From IMG/VR virus record IMGVR_UViG_3300027969_000045: a stretch of DNA of 64,000 nt, one strand, 5' to 3'. The position numbers and the translations under genes are program-made. The DNA comes from a virus. Of this stretch, positions 15,407 to 24,500 are shown piece after piece. The notes beneath the pieces are model-generated. The model searched no databases. It was not told where the DNA came from and saw only the letters and a list, made by a program, of their open reading frames with translations. The stretch's first letter is position 1. Every line of letters begins with the position of its first letter.

Positions 15407-15535
15407 ATGACAACTCGTTTCACTTACGACATTCAAACTCAACAACTTGTTTATGCTCTTGTTGATAAAGATGGTGTTTGTAAGTATCTAACTACTTCTA
15501 TTGTTGATGCTATTAAACTCACTCAAAAGAACTGA
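15407..15535 (+). CDS. Hypothetical protein (42 aa)
   Basis: Hand-translated MTTRFTYDIQTQQLVYALVDKDGVCKYLTTSIVDAIKLTQKN. Confidence 0.6.
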   Translation: MTTRFTYDIQTQQLVYALVDKDGVCKYLTTSIVDAIKLTQKN

Positions 15536-15536
15536 A

Positions 15537-15752
15537 ATGAAAAACTTTGATCTCTTTCAATTTCTTGTAGTTGTTGGAGTTGTTGTTATTTTTCTAGCAG
15601 CTCCTATTGTCGGTGCGGGTCGGGTGATTGTAACACAACAAGCAATCAATCAAGAATGTAAGACTAATTATTCTTTCATTCAAGTTGCTCTTGCTGGAAA
15701 TAATCTTTCACGCATTTGCCAAATCAAAAATCAAACCATCACCATCAAATAA
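15537..15752 (+). CDS. Small membrane protein
   Basis: ATG 15537; N-terminal TM segment. Confidence 0.7.
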   Translation: MKNFDLFQFLVVVGVVVIFLAAPIVGAGRVIVTQQAINQECKTNYSFIQVALAGNNLSRICQIKNQTITIK

Positions 15753-15757
15753 CTAAA

Positions 15758-15955
15758 ATGATTTTACTTTACAAAGAAGACCAAGGTGTTGTTTTTACTC
15801 TTGATGAGTTCAATGAGTTATTGTACGCTCCTATCTACACTGATGGTTCAATCAATCTGAATGAGTTTGATGTTGTGAAAGATGTGGATGGAAATGATGA
15901 ACTTGAAGAAATTCAAGATGACTTGATTTATATGACTGATTCTCAAGGATTATGA
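15758..15955 (+). CDS. Acidic hypothetical protein
   Basis: ORF track frame; ATG 15758. Confidence 0.7.
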   Translation: MILLYKEDQGVVFTLDEFNELLYAPIYTDGSINLNEFDVVKDVDGNDELEEIQDDLIYMTDSQGL

Positions 15956-16140
15956 TTACTATGCGGGTCACTTCTAACTATGGTTACATTCATACCAAGT
16001 TATTTTATCTTGGATGGAGTCATTGTCAGTCACAAGATGAAGAACAATTTGGTTTTTCTATTGGTAATTTGTATGTTGGAGTGTATAATCATCAATGGTT
16101 TGGTGGTATTTTGAATGAATATGGTGTATTAGATAATTAA
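15952..16140 (+). CDS. Hypothetical protein
   Basis: ORF track; ATGA overlap. Confidence 0.68.
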   Translation: MITMRVTSNYGYIHTKLFYLGWSHCQSQDEEQFGFSIGNLYVGVYNHQWFGGILNEYGVLDN

Positions 16141-16213
16141 ATTAAATGTATTAAAAAACATTATGTGTTGATTTGTTAATGATTTGTTAATTGTATCTTA
16201 ATGTGTGATTGAG

Positions 16214-16356
16214 TTCTTTTATCTGTTAATGCTTGATTGAACCTTCTACTTTATGTGTTGATGAATTCTTTTATCTGTTAATGCTTGATTGAACCTTCTA
16301 CTTTATGTGTTGATGAATTCTTTTATCTGTTAATGCTTGATTGAACCTTCTACTTT
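16214..16356. repeat. 52-bp tandem repeat, about 2.75 copies
   Basis: TTCTTTTATCTGTTAATGCTTGATTGAACCTTCTACTTTATGTGTTGATGAA starting at 16214, 16266 and 16318. Confidence 0.95.
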
Positions 16357-16376
16357 TTATGGGTCTAAGCCAGATA

Positions 16377-16405
16377 ATTATAACACAAACCATCTAAAAA
16401 GTCAA
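16377..16405 (-). promoter_or_regulatory. Leftward near-consensus sigma70 promoter with no downstream ORF
   Basis: Minus strand TTGACT-17 nt-TGt-TATAAT. Confidence 0.75.
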
Positions 16406-16411
16406 GTATTT

Positions 16412-16470
16412 CCAGACACTTGAACAACTGGCACAAGGCATCAACATTATATTCTGGGGTGTGTTATAGT
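16412..16470 (+). promoter_or_regulatory. Half-site palindrome-promoter cassette 11
   Basis: CCAGACA-CTTGAACAAC-TGGCACA 16412-16435, 29 nt, TGt-TATAGT 16465-16470. Confidence 0.65.
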
Positions 16471-16507
16471 ATAAGGGGAACGATTCTCTATAGGGGGAAC
16501 TGATAGG

Positions 16508-16670
16508 TTTTCCACAGGTTATACACAATAGTTTTCCACAGGCAATTAACAAATACCAGTGATTGCAATGGTTTATGATTTTTACCCTGTGGAAAACTTT
16601 TATACTTTTTCCACAGGTTATCATAAAGTTGTGGAAAACTTTTATACTTTTTCCACAACCCTGTGGAAAA
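16508..16670. other. Cluster of eight DnaA-box matches (candidate origin or DnaA-binding locus)
   Basis: TTTTCCACA at 16508, 16532, 16607, 16649; TTATACACA at 16519; TGTGGAAAA at 16588, 16630, 16662. Confidence 0.7.
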
Positions 16671-16757
16671 CTATCATAAGAACATCTAATTCGTGATATC
16701 AAACACTTCGTGTATTCCTATACTATCAGTTATTCTTATAACTTTTCGTCTTTTACA

Positions 16758-17119
16758 TACCTGGGGATATGTTTCGTGTATTAGAATCAAGCAGTACTAA
16801 ATGGTTCTTAATAAGCACCACTGTTTGATACTTAACAAATAGCAAAATATACCCAGCATGGATCCCAGGGCAGTTAGCTATACTTTGCAATTTCGTCAAT
16901 ACTATAAAGTATTAGACAGTGCTTCGTGTTATAGTATAGCTTACTCATTCGTTTATACAGGGAGGATAATGTTCTTAAATATAATATACCTGGGGGTATG
17001 TTTCGTGTATTAGAATCAAATTACACTAAATGGACAGTTATATCGTCGCCTTCGTTATAGCGTACCTGGGGGTATGTTTCGTTTATTAGAATAAAGCAGT
17101 ACTAAATGGACAGTTATAT
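16758..17119. repeat. Three dispersed 47-57 bp iteron-like repeats
   Basis: TACCTGGGG(G/A)TATGTTTCGT(G/T)TATTAGAAT(C/A)AA.....ACTAAATGG at 16758, 16987 and 17063. Confidence 0.9.
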
Positions 17120-17380
17120 TTGGGTCGTGGGGGTTATTTATACGCCCCGTTGCCCGCCCTTAAGGCGTAAAAGGCGTCCTAACCCTAAAAGCTAATTTAA
17201 AGGGTCCCTGTAACCTACAAAACTTTGAAAACGCTCGAACATATACACGTTAATTAAAAAAAATTTCCAGGATTTAAAATGTCCCAAAAGGTTGATAGTA
17301 CAAATAAAAAAATTCCCCAGAAAAAAAACACTCACAAAAGGACAAAAAATACTATATAAAAAGAAACACACATTTCAAAT

Positions 17381-17533
17381 ATGAAACTGGAATTTGACAA
17401 TTACGAAAAAGATCTATTACTGGAAACAATTCAGCATAGATTATACACAGATAAAATATTAGTGATCAATAATACTCTTAGAGAAGAAATTGAAGATCTT
17501 CTCAGAAAAGTAGAAGAAGATGAATACTTATAA
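17381..17533 (+). CDS. Hypothetical protein (50 aa)
   Basis: Hand-translated MKLEFDNYEKDLLLETIQHRLY...EEDEYL. Confidence 0.6.
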   Translation: MKLEFDNYEKDLLLETIQHRLYTDKILVINNTLREEIEDLLRKVEEDEYL

Positions 17534-17690
17534 TATTTCAGTCAAAGGCACGAATATTATAAGTCAATTACCTCAGAGTGATTTGCAGGAAAATCTGAAA
17601 CTTATCAGAGGACTTGTATGGACTTCTGGGGGCAATGATGATGATATCAAGATCACACTAAATAAAGCAGAACCACCTTGCAATAAATGA
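17520..17690 (+). CDS. Hypothetical protein (56 aa)
   Basis: Hand-translated MNTYNISVKGTNIISQLPQ...PPCNK. Confidence 0.55.
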   Translation: MNTYNISVKGTNIISQLPQSDLQENLKLIRGLVWTSGGNDDDIKITLNKAEPPCNK

Positions 17691-17706
17691 GTTGTGGTGG
17701 TAGAAT
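17678..17706 (+). promoter_or_regulatory. Sigma70-type promoter
   Basis: TTGCAA-17 nt-TGg-TAGAAT. Confidence 0.7.
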
Positions 17707-17737
17707 AATAAAGGCACTATTTTAAAATTTTATACTT

Positions 17738-18493
17738 ATGGCAAAAGGTTTTACGGTAAAGGCAGCGGCACCCAAATCTTCAAATAACAATGAAGATGAT
17801 TTTGATTTAGCATTAGCAAAACAAGCAATACAAGGAAAGTCAATTGTATTTTGTCTTCCTGGACGAGGAGTATCATATACTTTTCTAAAAAACTTCGTTC
17901 AATTGTGTTTTGATTTAGTTCAGTCTGGAGCAAGTATTCAGATTTCACAAGATTATAGTTCAATGGTGAACTTTGCTCGTTGTAAAGTTCTTGGGGCAAA
18001 TGTTCTCAGAGGACCAAAGCAAGTTCCTTGGGATGGTCGTTTGAAGTATGATTATCAATTATGGATTGATAGTGATATTGTATTTGATACTGAAAAGTTT
18101 TATCGTCTTGTTTCAATGAATAAGGACATTGCAGCGGGATGGTATTGTACTGAGGACGGAATGACCACTTCAGTTGCCCATTGGTTAGATGAAGATGATT
18201 TCAGAGGCAATGGTGGAGTGATGAATCACGAAACCTTAGAAACGATGAGCAAACGTCGCAAGATGTTTACAGTTGATTACACAGGTTTTGGATGGGTACT
18301 CATTAAGAATGGAGTCTTTGAGAATCTTGAATATCCCTGGTTTGCACCGAAGATGCAAGTCTTTGAATCTGGTGAAGTTCAGGACATGTGTGGCGAGGAT
18401 GTCTCATTCTGTCTAGATGCAAAAGAAGCAGGATTTGAGATTTGGTGTGATCCAAAGATTCGTGTTGGACATGAAAAGACTAGAGTCATCTGA
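17738..18493 (+). CDS. GT-A fold glycosyltransferase-like protein
   Basis: LWIDSDIVF (DxD), VDYTGFGWVLI, GEDVSFC...GFEIWCDP.IRVGH. Confidence 0.75.
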   Translation: MAKGFTVKAAAPKSSNNNEDDFDLALAKQAIQGKSIVFCLPGRGVSYTFLKNFVQLCFDLVQSGASIQISQDYSSMVNFARCKVLGANVLRGPKQVPWDGRLKYDYQLWIDSDIVFDTEKFYRLVSMNKDIAAGWYCTEDGMTTSVAHWLDEDDFRGNGGVMNHETLETMSKRRKMFTVDYTGFGWVLIKNGVFENLEYPWFAPKMQVFESGEVQDMCGEDVSFCLDAKEAGFEIWCDPKIRVGHEKTRVI

Positions 18494-18514
18494 GGTACTT
18501 CTCTCGGGCATTTC

Positions 18515-18580
18515 TTGACTTTTTCAACTGAATAATGATAGAATGCCTCTGTAAGATTCAAAACCTCTTACAGAGGCATT
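18515..18580 (+). promoter_or_regulatory. Sigma70-type promoter overlapped by a perfect 15-bp inverted repeat
   Basis: TTGACT 18515-18520, 18 nt, TAGAAT 18539-18544; AATGCCTCTGTAAGA 18542-18556 pairs with TCTTACAGAGGCATT 18566-18580. Confidence 0.6.
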
Positions 18581-18669
18581 TTCAATGTTCTCAGAAGGTC
18601 TTAAAGATTATAAGACTTCTTAAAAAACCGTACAAAAACCGTTTTATAAACAAATTGGGAGAAAATTAA

Positions 18670-18804
18670 ATGGCTGTTTCAAAAAAAGAGATGAAGATTG
18701 GGAGTAATCCAAAGAATACTCGTCAAGGTGAAGGAAAAAATACAAAGTACGCGAAATCAAGTAGCAATGGTGCTCGAAAAAAGTATAGAGGTCAAGGTCG
18801 TTGA
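18670..18804 (+). CDS. Small basic protein (44 aa, ends KKYRGQGR)
   Basis: Hand-translated; GGAG RBS; C-terminal motif recalled from cyanomyophages. Confidence 0.7.
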   Translation: MAVSKKEMKIGSNPKNTRQGEGKNTKYAKSSSNGARKKYRGQGR

Positions 18805-18819
18805 TTTAATTGAATCTTC

Positions 18820-18865
18820 AAATCCCAGTTATTGCCCCAAAAGGCAATGGTTGGGATTTCTTTTT
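18820..18865 (+). terminator. Probable intrinsic terminator
   Basis: AAATCCCAGTTATTGCC-CCAAAA-GGCAATGGTTGGGATTT followed by CTTTTT. Confidence 0.7.
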
Positions 18866-19014
18866 GGAATTTAGATATTCGAATTCAGAAAAATTTAACA
18901 TTTAATAGAGATTCTATTCTAAATTTTAATGGAAAGATCAAAAAATAAAATAATATAGATAAAATATGGGATAGAAACCCCAAAAAAAGTTCTGATTTTC
19001 AATCAGGAGACAAA

Positions 19015-19254
19015 ATGTCAAACAAAAAAACAGATAGAGATCAAGAATATATGAGAAAAATGTGGGGGACCACGAAATTGATTACAGATTATCAGGTAGA
19101 TCCTGCAAAAAGAGTCATTCAAGAGTTTATGTATGATGTTGCGCCCAAACATGACTTAAAAAAACAGACTGATCTTCACGAAAAAATTCGTAATGATGAA
19201 GACTATGATGATTGGTCTTATGGAACTGAACCTGCTTACGGAAAAAGTTGGTAA
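19015..19254 (+). CDS. Hypothetical protein
   Basis: ORF track; AGGAG RBS. Confidence 0.75.
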   Translation: MSNKKTDRDQEYMRKMWGTTKLITDYQVDPAKRVIQEFMYDVAPKHDLKKQTDLHEKIRNDEDYDDWSYGTEPAYGKSW

Positions 19255-19290
19255 AAAGTATTATAGATATATAAAAGTGCAAAAATTTGA

Positions 19291-19692
19291 ATGGCAGTAA
19301 CAATTTCTCGCAGTTTTAAAGATATTAGTTTGTCTTTTGCGAGACATCCAGTTACAAATGATGTAACCATTCTCAAAAATGAGGATGCAATCAAAAGATC
19401 TGTCATAAATTTGGTTAGAACTCGTATTAATGAAAGATTTTTTAATTCTTTATTGGGTTCTTCTGTAGATAATTCATTATTTGAACTCCAATCTTCTGGG
19501 ATATCTTCATTTTTACAAGAAGAAATCACAACACTTCTCAAAAACTTTGAACCTAGAATTAGATTAAGAAGTGTTGTGATTGATACTCCAGAAGATTCTA
19601 ATGATTTAAATATTCGTATTTCTTATGATATTGTTGGTTTACCATTTCCAACTCAAAATATAGAATTCATCTTACAACCAACTAGAGTATAA
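19291..19692 (+). CDS. gp25: Baseplate wedge subunit gp25
   Basis: FKDISLSF...NEDAIKRSVINLV.T...ERFF...FEPRI; synteny with gp6. Confidence 0.92.
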   Translation: MAVTISRSFKDISLSFARHPVTNDVTILKNEDAIKRSVINLVRTRINERFFNSLLGSSVDNSLFELQSSGISSFLQEEITTLLKNFEPRIRLRSVVIDTPEDSNDLNIRISYDIVGLPFPTQNIEFILQPTRV

Positions 19693-21560
19693 TGGCATTC
19701 AATCAGTTTACCAACTTAGATTTTGGCGATCTACGAACTCAGATTAAAGATTATCTGAGAACAAATTCTAATTTTACTGATTTTGATTTTGAAGGATCCA
19801 ACTTTTCGGTCCTGATTGATATTCTTGCTTATAATAGTTATATTACTGCATATAACACCAATATGCAGGCAAATGAGGCGTTCCTTGATAGTGCAACGCT
19901 CAGAGAAAATGTAATCTCACATGCACGAAATATTGGATATGTTCCCCGCTCAAAGAGAGCATCAAAAGCAAAAATTAGTTTTTCTGTAGATAGTACAGGA
20001 TTTAACTCCAAAACGATTACTTTGAATGCAGGAGTAATTGCATTGGGTGCAGTTCAAGGTGGAAATTACATATTCTCAATACCATCCAGTATTACAACTG
20101 CAGTAGATGGTTCAAATATTGCATTTTTTGATAATATTGACATTTATGAAGGGTCATATTTAACAAAAACATTTACAGTTGATTATAGTCAAGCAAATCA
20201 AAGATTTATTATTCCTAATGCTGGAGTAGATTCTACAACAATTCGTGTAAATATCACTAATTCTACTACAGAAACATATACATTATATGAAAATATTTTA
20301 AATGTTGACAATACCTCAAGATTATTTTTACTTCAAGAAATTGAAGATGAAAAATATGAAATTTTATTTGGAGATAATATTTTAGGAAAAAAACCAACTC
20401 ACGGAAGTGTAATTACTGTTTCATATATCGTAACAAATGGAAAATCGGCAGATGGATCTGCAAATTTTACTTTTTCTGGAAATTTAAAAGATAATAATTC
20501 AGTAAGTATTACAAGTGGAATTTCGTTACTGACAACTATTTCTTCATCACAAAATGGCGATGATATTGAAACCATAGATTCGGTCAAATATCTTGCTCCA
20601 AGAGTATATGCTTCGCAATATAGAGCAGTTACTGCAAATGACTATAAAGGATTGATTCCTTATATTTACTCAAATATAGATTCAGTAAGTGCATATGGCG
20701 GAGATGAATTAAATCCTCCAGAATATGGAAAAGTATTCATATCCATCAAACCAAGAAATGGAAATTACTTATCTCAAATCACAAAAGATGATATTTTAAA
20801 AAAATTAAGACAATATTCAATTGCTGGGATCAAACCAGAAATTATAGATTTAAAATACTTATATGTTGAACTTGATACAACAATTTATTATAATACTTCA
20901 TTCACTTCTGATGTAATTTTATTAAAAAATCAAGTTATTAATACAATAAAATCATACTCCGTTTCTTCTGATGTGAATAGTTTTGGTGGAAGGTTCAAAT
21001 ATAGTAAAATAAATGCATTAATTGACAATACAAATAAGGCAATTACTTCGAATATAACAAAAGTGAAAATGAGAAGAGATTTGCAAGCTCAAATAAACAA
21101 ATTTGCTACTTATGAATTGTGTTTTGGGAATAAATTTCACCAAAAAACAGAAAATTATAATATAAAATCTTCCGGGTTCAATATTCAAGGAATATCTGAT
21201 ATATTATACTTGACAGATTCGCCTTTAGATAGTTCAAAAGGAAAAATTTTATTCTTTAAACTTGTAAATAATATTCCTGTTGTTGTTAGTGGTAATGCAG
21301 GTACAGTTAATTACACAGATGGAGAAATTTTGTTAAATATAGTAAATATTACATCAACTTCTCTACCAAATAACACTATCCAAATTCAGGCAATGCCAGA
21401 ATCAAATGATGTAATTGCACTGAAAGAATTATATTTACAAATAGACACTTCAAATACCATAGTAAATACTATAGAAGATATTATTACTTCTGGTGAAAAT
21501 ACTTCTGCTACTTCTTACATAACAACTTCAAGTTATATCAACGGAAATTATACAAGATAA
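19692..21560 (+). CDS. gp6: Baseplate wedge subunit gp6
   Basis: LDF......IKDYL..NSNFTDFDFEGSNFSVLIDILAYN; QYRAVTANDY. Confidence 0.95.
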   Translation: MAFNQFTNLDFGDLRTQIKDYLRTNSNFTDFDFEGSNFSVLIDILAYNSYITAYNTNMQANEAFLDSATLRENVISHARNIGYVPRSKRASKAKISFSVDSTGFNSKTITLNAGVIALGAVQGGNYIFSIPSSITTAVDGSNIAFFDNIDIYEGSYLTKTFTVDYSQANQRFIIPNAGVDSTTIRVNITNSTTETYTLYENILNVDNTSRLFLLQEIEDEKYEILFGDNILGKKPTHGSVITVSYIVTNGKSADGSANFTFSGNLKDNNSVSITSGISLLTTISSSQNGDDIETIDSVKYLAPRVYASQYRAVTANDYKGLIPYIYSNIDSVSAYGGDELNPPEYGKVFISIKPRNGNYLSQITKDDILKKLRQYSIAGIKPEIIDLKYLYVELDTTIYYNTSFTSDVILLKNQVINTIKSYSVSSDVNSFGGRFKYSKINALIDNTNKAITSNITKVKMRRDLQAQINKFATYELCFGNKFHQKTENYNIKSSGFNIQGISDILYLTDSPLDSSKGKILFFKLVNNIPVVVSGNAGTVNYTDGEILLNIVNITSTSLPNNTIQIQAMPESNDVIALKELYLQIDTSNTIVNTIEDIITSGENTSATSYITTSSYINGNYTR

Positions 21561-21561
21561 A

Positions 21562-24500
21562 ATGTCAGAAATTAAAAGAATAAAAATCAATCACATTCTT
21601 GATTCACAAATTCCTGAGTTTTTGAATGAAGAATCTCCTCTTTTTCAAGAATTTTTAACTCAGTATTATATTTCACAAGAACACCAAACTGGTGTTGTAG
21701 ATTTATCAACAAATTTACAAAAATATAAGAGTATAGAAAATTTCAATCAAGAAACACTTATTGATATTCAACTTCCATCTGTTTTACTTTCCAATATTTT
21801 ATCATTTGATGATGTAATTTCCGTATCGCACACAATTGGTTATCCGGATACTTATGGTCTTATTAAAATTGATGATGAAATTATTACATACACTTCAAAA
21901 ACTTCCAATTCATTTTTAGGATGTATTCGTGGTTTTAGTGGTATTGATAGTTTAGAAAAAGATAATAATCCAGAATTTTTAAATTTTTCAGTAACTGAAG
22001 CATCTGATCACACCCAAGGATCTACTTTAAATAATTTAAGTTATATTTTCTTCTTTGAATTTTTCAAAAAATTCAAATATCAATTTTTACCTGGATTTGA
22101 AGAAAGAAATTTTACAACTGGAATCTCTTTAACTAATATTTTATCAAGAGCAAAAGACTTTTATAAAGCAAAAGGAACAGATCAATCATTTAAACTTCTT
22201 TTTTCTGCTTTATATGGAAAAGAAGTAGATGTATTAAAGCCTCAAAATTATATGTTGAGGCCATCTGACAATAATTATCTTACAACTAAAAATATTTTAG
22301 TTGAAAAAGTTTCTGGTGGTGATCCAATTCTTCTTAAGGGATCTACATTAAATCAATATGTAAGTGGAATTGGTACAGTTTCTGCATCAATCTATAACGT
22401 AGAATATAGACCAATAGAAAATAAAGATTTATATGAAATATCTTTAGATTCCACATCATTTACTGGTAATTTTGAAACCACAGGAACAACAAAAGTAATA
22501 GAACCAACCCAATCATCTGCATCTTCAATTACAGTTGATTCCACTATTGGATTTGCACATTCTGGTGCTTTGATTGCAAGAACAACAGATTTGACAACAT
22601 TGAATCTAAGATATACAGACAAAACCAATAATCAATTATTGAATATTAGTGGACTATCAACAGATTTAAATTTTGGAAATTTAATATATGAAGATAAATT
22701 AGCTTATTCATATATTGATACCGAATCATCATCTTTAGTTGAATTTAGAGTTATTAATGTTATTGATAATATTGATTTTGAAAATTCATCAGGACTGAAA
22801 AAGGGGGATAAAATTTCTCTTAGTTCTTTTGGTGCTAATTTATTTGATAATGTCAATTTTAATAAATGGATTTACAATATTCCAACTTATCACAACATAG
22901 TTGGCATTTCAACTGTAAGTTCAAATACTTATCGTGTAGTATTGGAAGATAATATTAAATTTTACAAAAATGATAAAATTTACATTACAGATAGTACAGA
23001 TATATCAGCTACTGTAACAGAAATTGAATCCGATAATCAAATTATTGTAGATTCAGATATTTCTGTAAATACTTCAAATGTAATTAGAATTAAAAAACAA
23101 GTTTCAAAAGCAAACTCTGATTATTTTGGTTCTGCATCATCCATAAATGGATTAATTCAAAATACTTATATTGATAAGGACGAAAAATATTCTTATGTTG
23201 CCTCTTCTGGATTTCCAAACTATAAATTTACCTCCACAGATACAAAAATTATAGTTTCTACAGTAGGAACTGGACAAACATCAATTCTATATGCGTCAAA
23301 TCACAATTTATTAACCGGAGATAAAATTTATTATAATTCATCTTCTTCTTCTGGAATTACAACCGGATATTATTTTGTAAAAAAAATAGATGAAAATTCT
23401 ATATCATTATCATATAGCAACACCGATTTATTTGTAAATAAATACATTTCTTTAAATTCTGGAATAACTTCTGATTATATTTACAAATTTGGATATGAAA
23501 ATAAAACCATTAAGGATCAAAAATTCTTAAGAAAATTCAATCTTCAAGAAAATATTAATTATTTTGACAAAAAGGAAGATAGAACTACATTTAATAGAAG
23601 AATTGGATTACTGATTAATGGAGTGGATTTATACTCTCCAACATTATTTGATGAAAACATTTATTATGGAAAATTAGATTCTATTTTAATTACAAATAAA
23701 GGATCAAATTATGACGTAATAAATTCACCAGAAATAGTGATTAAAGATACTAATGGAAATGGTGGCAAAGCAAGATTGATCCTTTCTGGGTCATTGAAAG
23801 AAGTAAAAATAAATTCTCCTGGTATTGGATATGACAGAAAACCAAAAATTACTTTAACTGGTGGCAATGGGAATGGAGCAATACTAGAATCAAATTTAGT
23901 CAAATCAAGAATTATTGCAAAATTCAGAGCAGATTTGACGGCTATTAATACATCTCTTGAAACTATAACTTTTATTGATAATCATAACTTTGATAACTAT
24001 GAAGAAGTAACTTATTATACAAATGGAAACTCCAATGTTCCTGGTTTGATTGATAATGCAAATTATTTCGTAAATGTAATAAATTTAAAAACAATTAAAC
24101 TTCATAAAAATAGAGTTGATGTTTTATCAGGTATCAATACTGTAAATATTACTGGAATTAGTTCTGGTTTTCATGAATTCAGAACACTAAAGAGTAAAAA
24201 TACAATTACAAAAGTATATGTTAAAAATGAAGGATCTAATTACTCTAATAGATTTGTAAATGTATCATCAAATTTATATCCGTCATTGGATTATCAAACT
24301 TCTGGAATTAGTACTTTTGATAATTATATTTACGCTAAACAGCACGGTTTTAAAGATGGAGATTTAGTTTTATATTCAAATACAAATACTTCAATTTCTG
24401 GTCTTTCAACTAATATTCAATATTGCGTTACGACTATTGACGAAAATAAATTTAAACTGTCTGATGTTGGAATTGGAACAACATCATCAAATTCCAATTA

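Noticed and set aside
16394-16702. 102-aa minus-strand ORF with CGK repeats
   Set aside because: The CGK repeats are just the translation of TGTGGAAAA boxes; no RBS; most likely non-coding
16214-17119. 52-bp tandem repeat or the three 47-57 bp repeats as a mini-CRISPR
   Set aside because: The tandem units have no unique spacers, and the dispersed repeats have irregular periods (229 and 76 bp)
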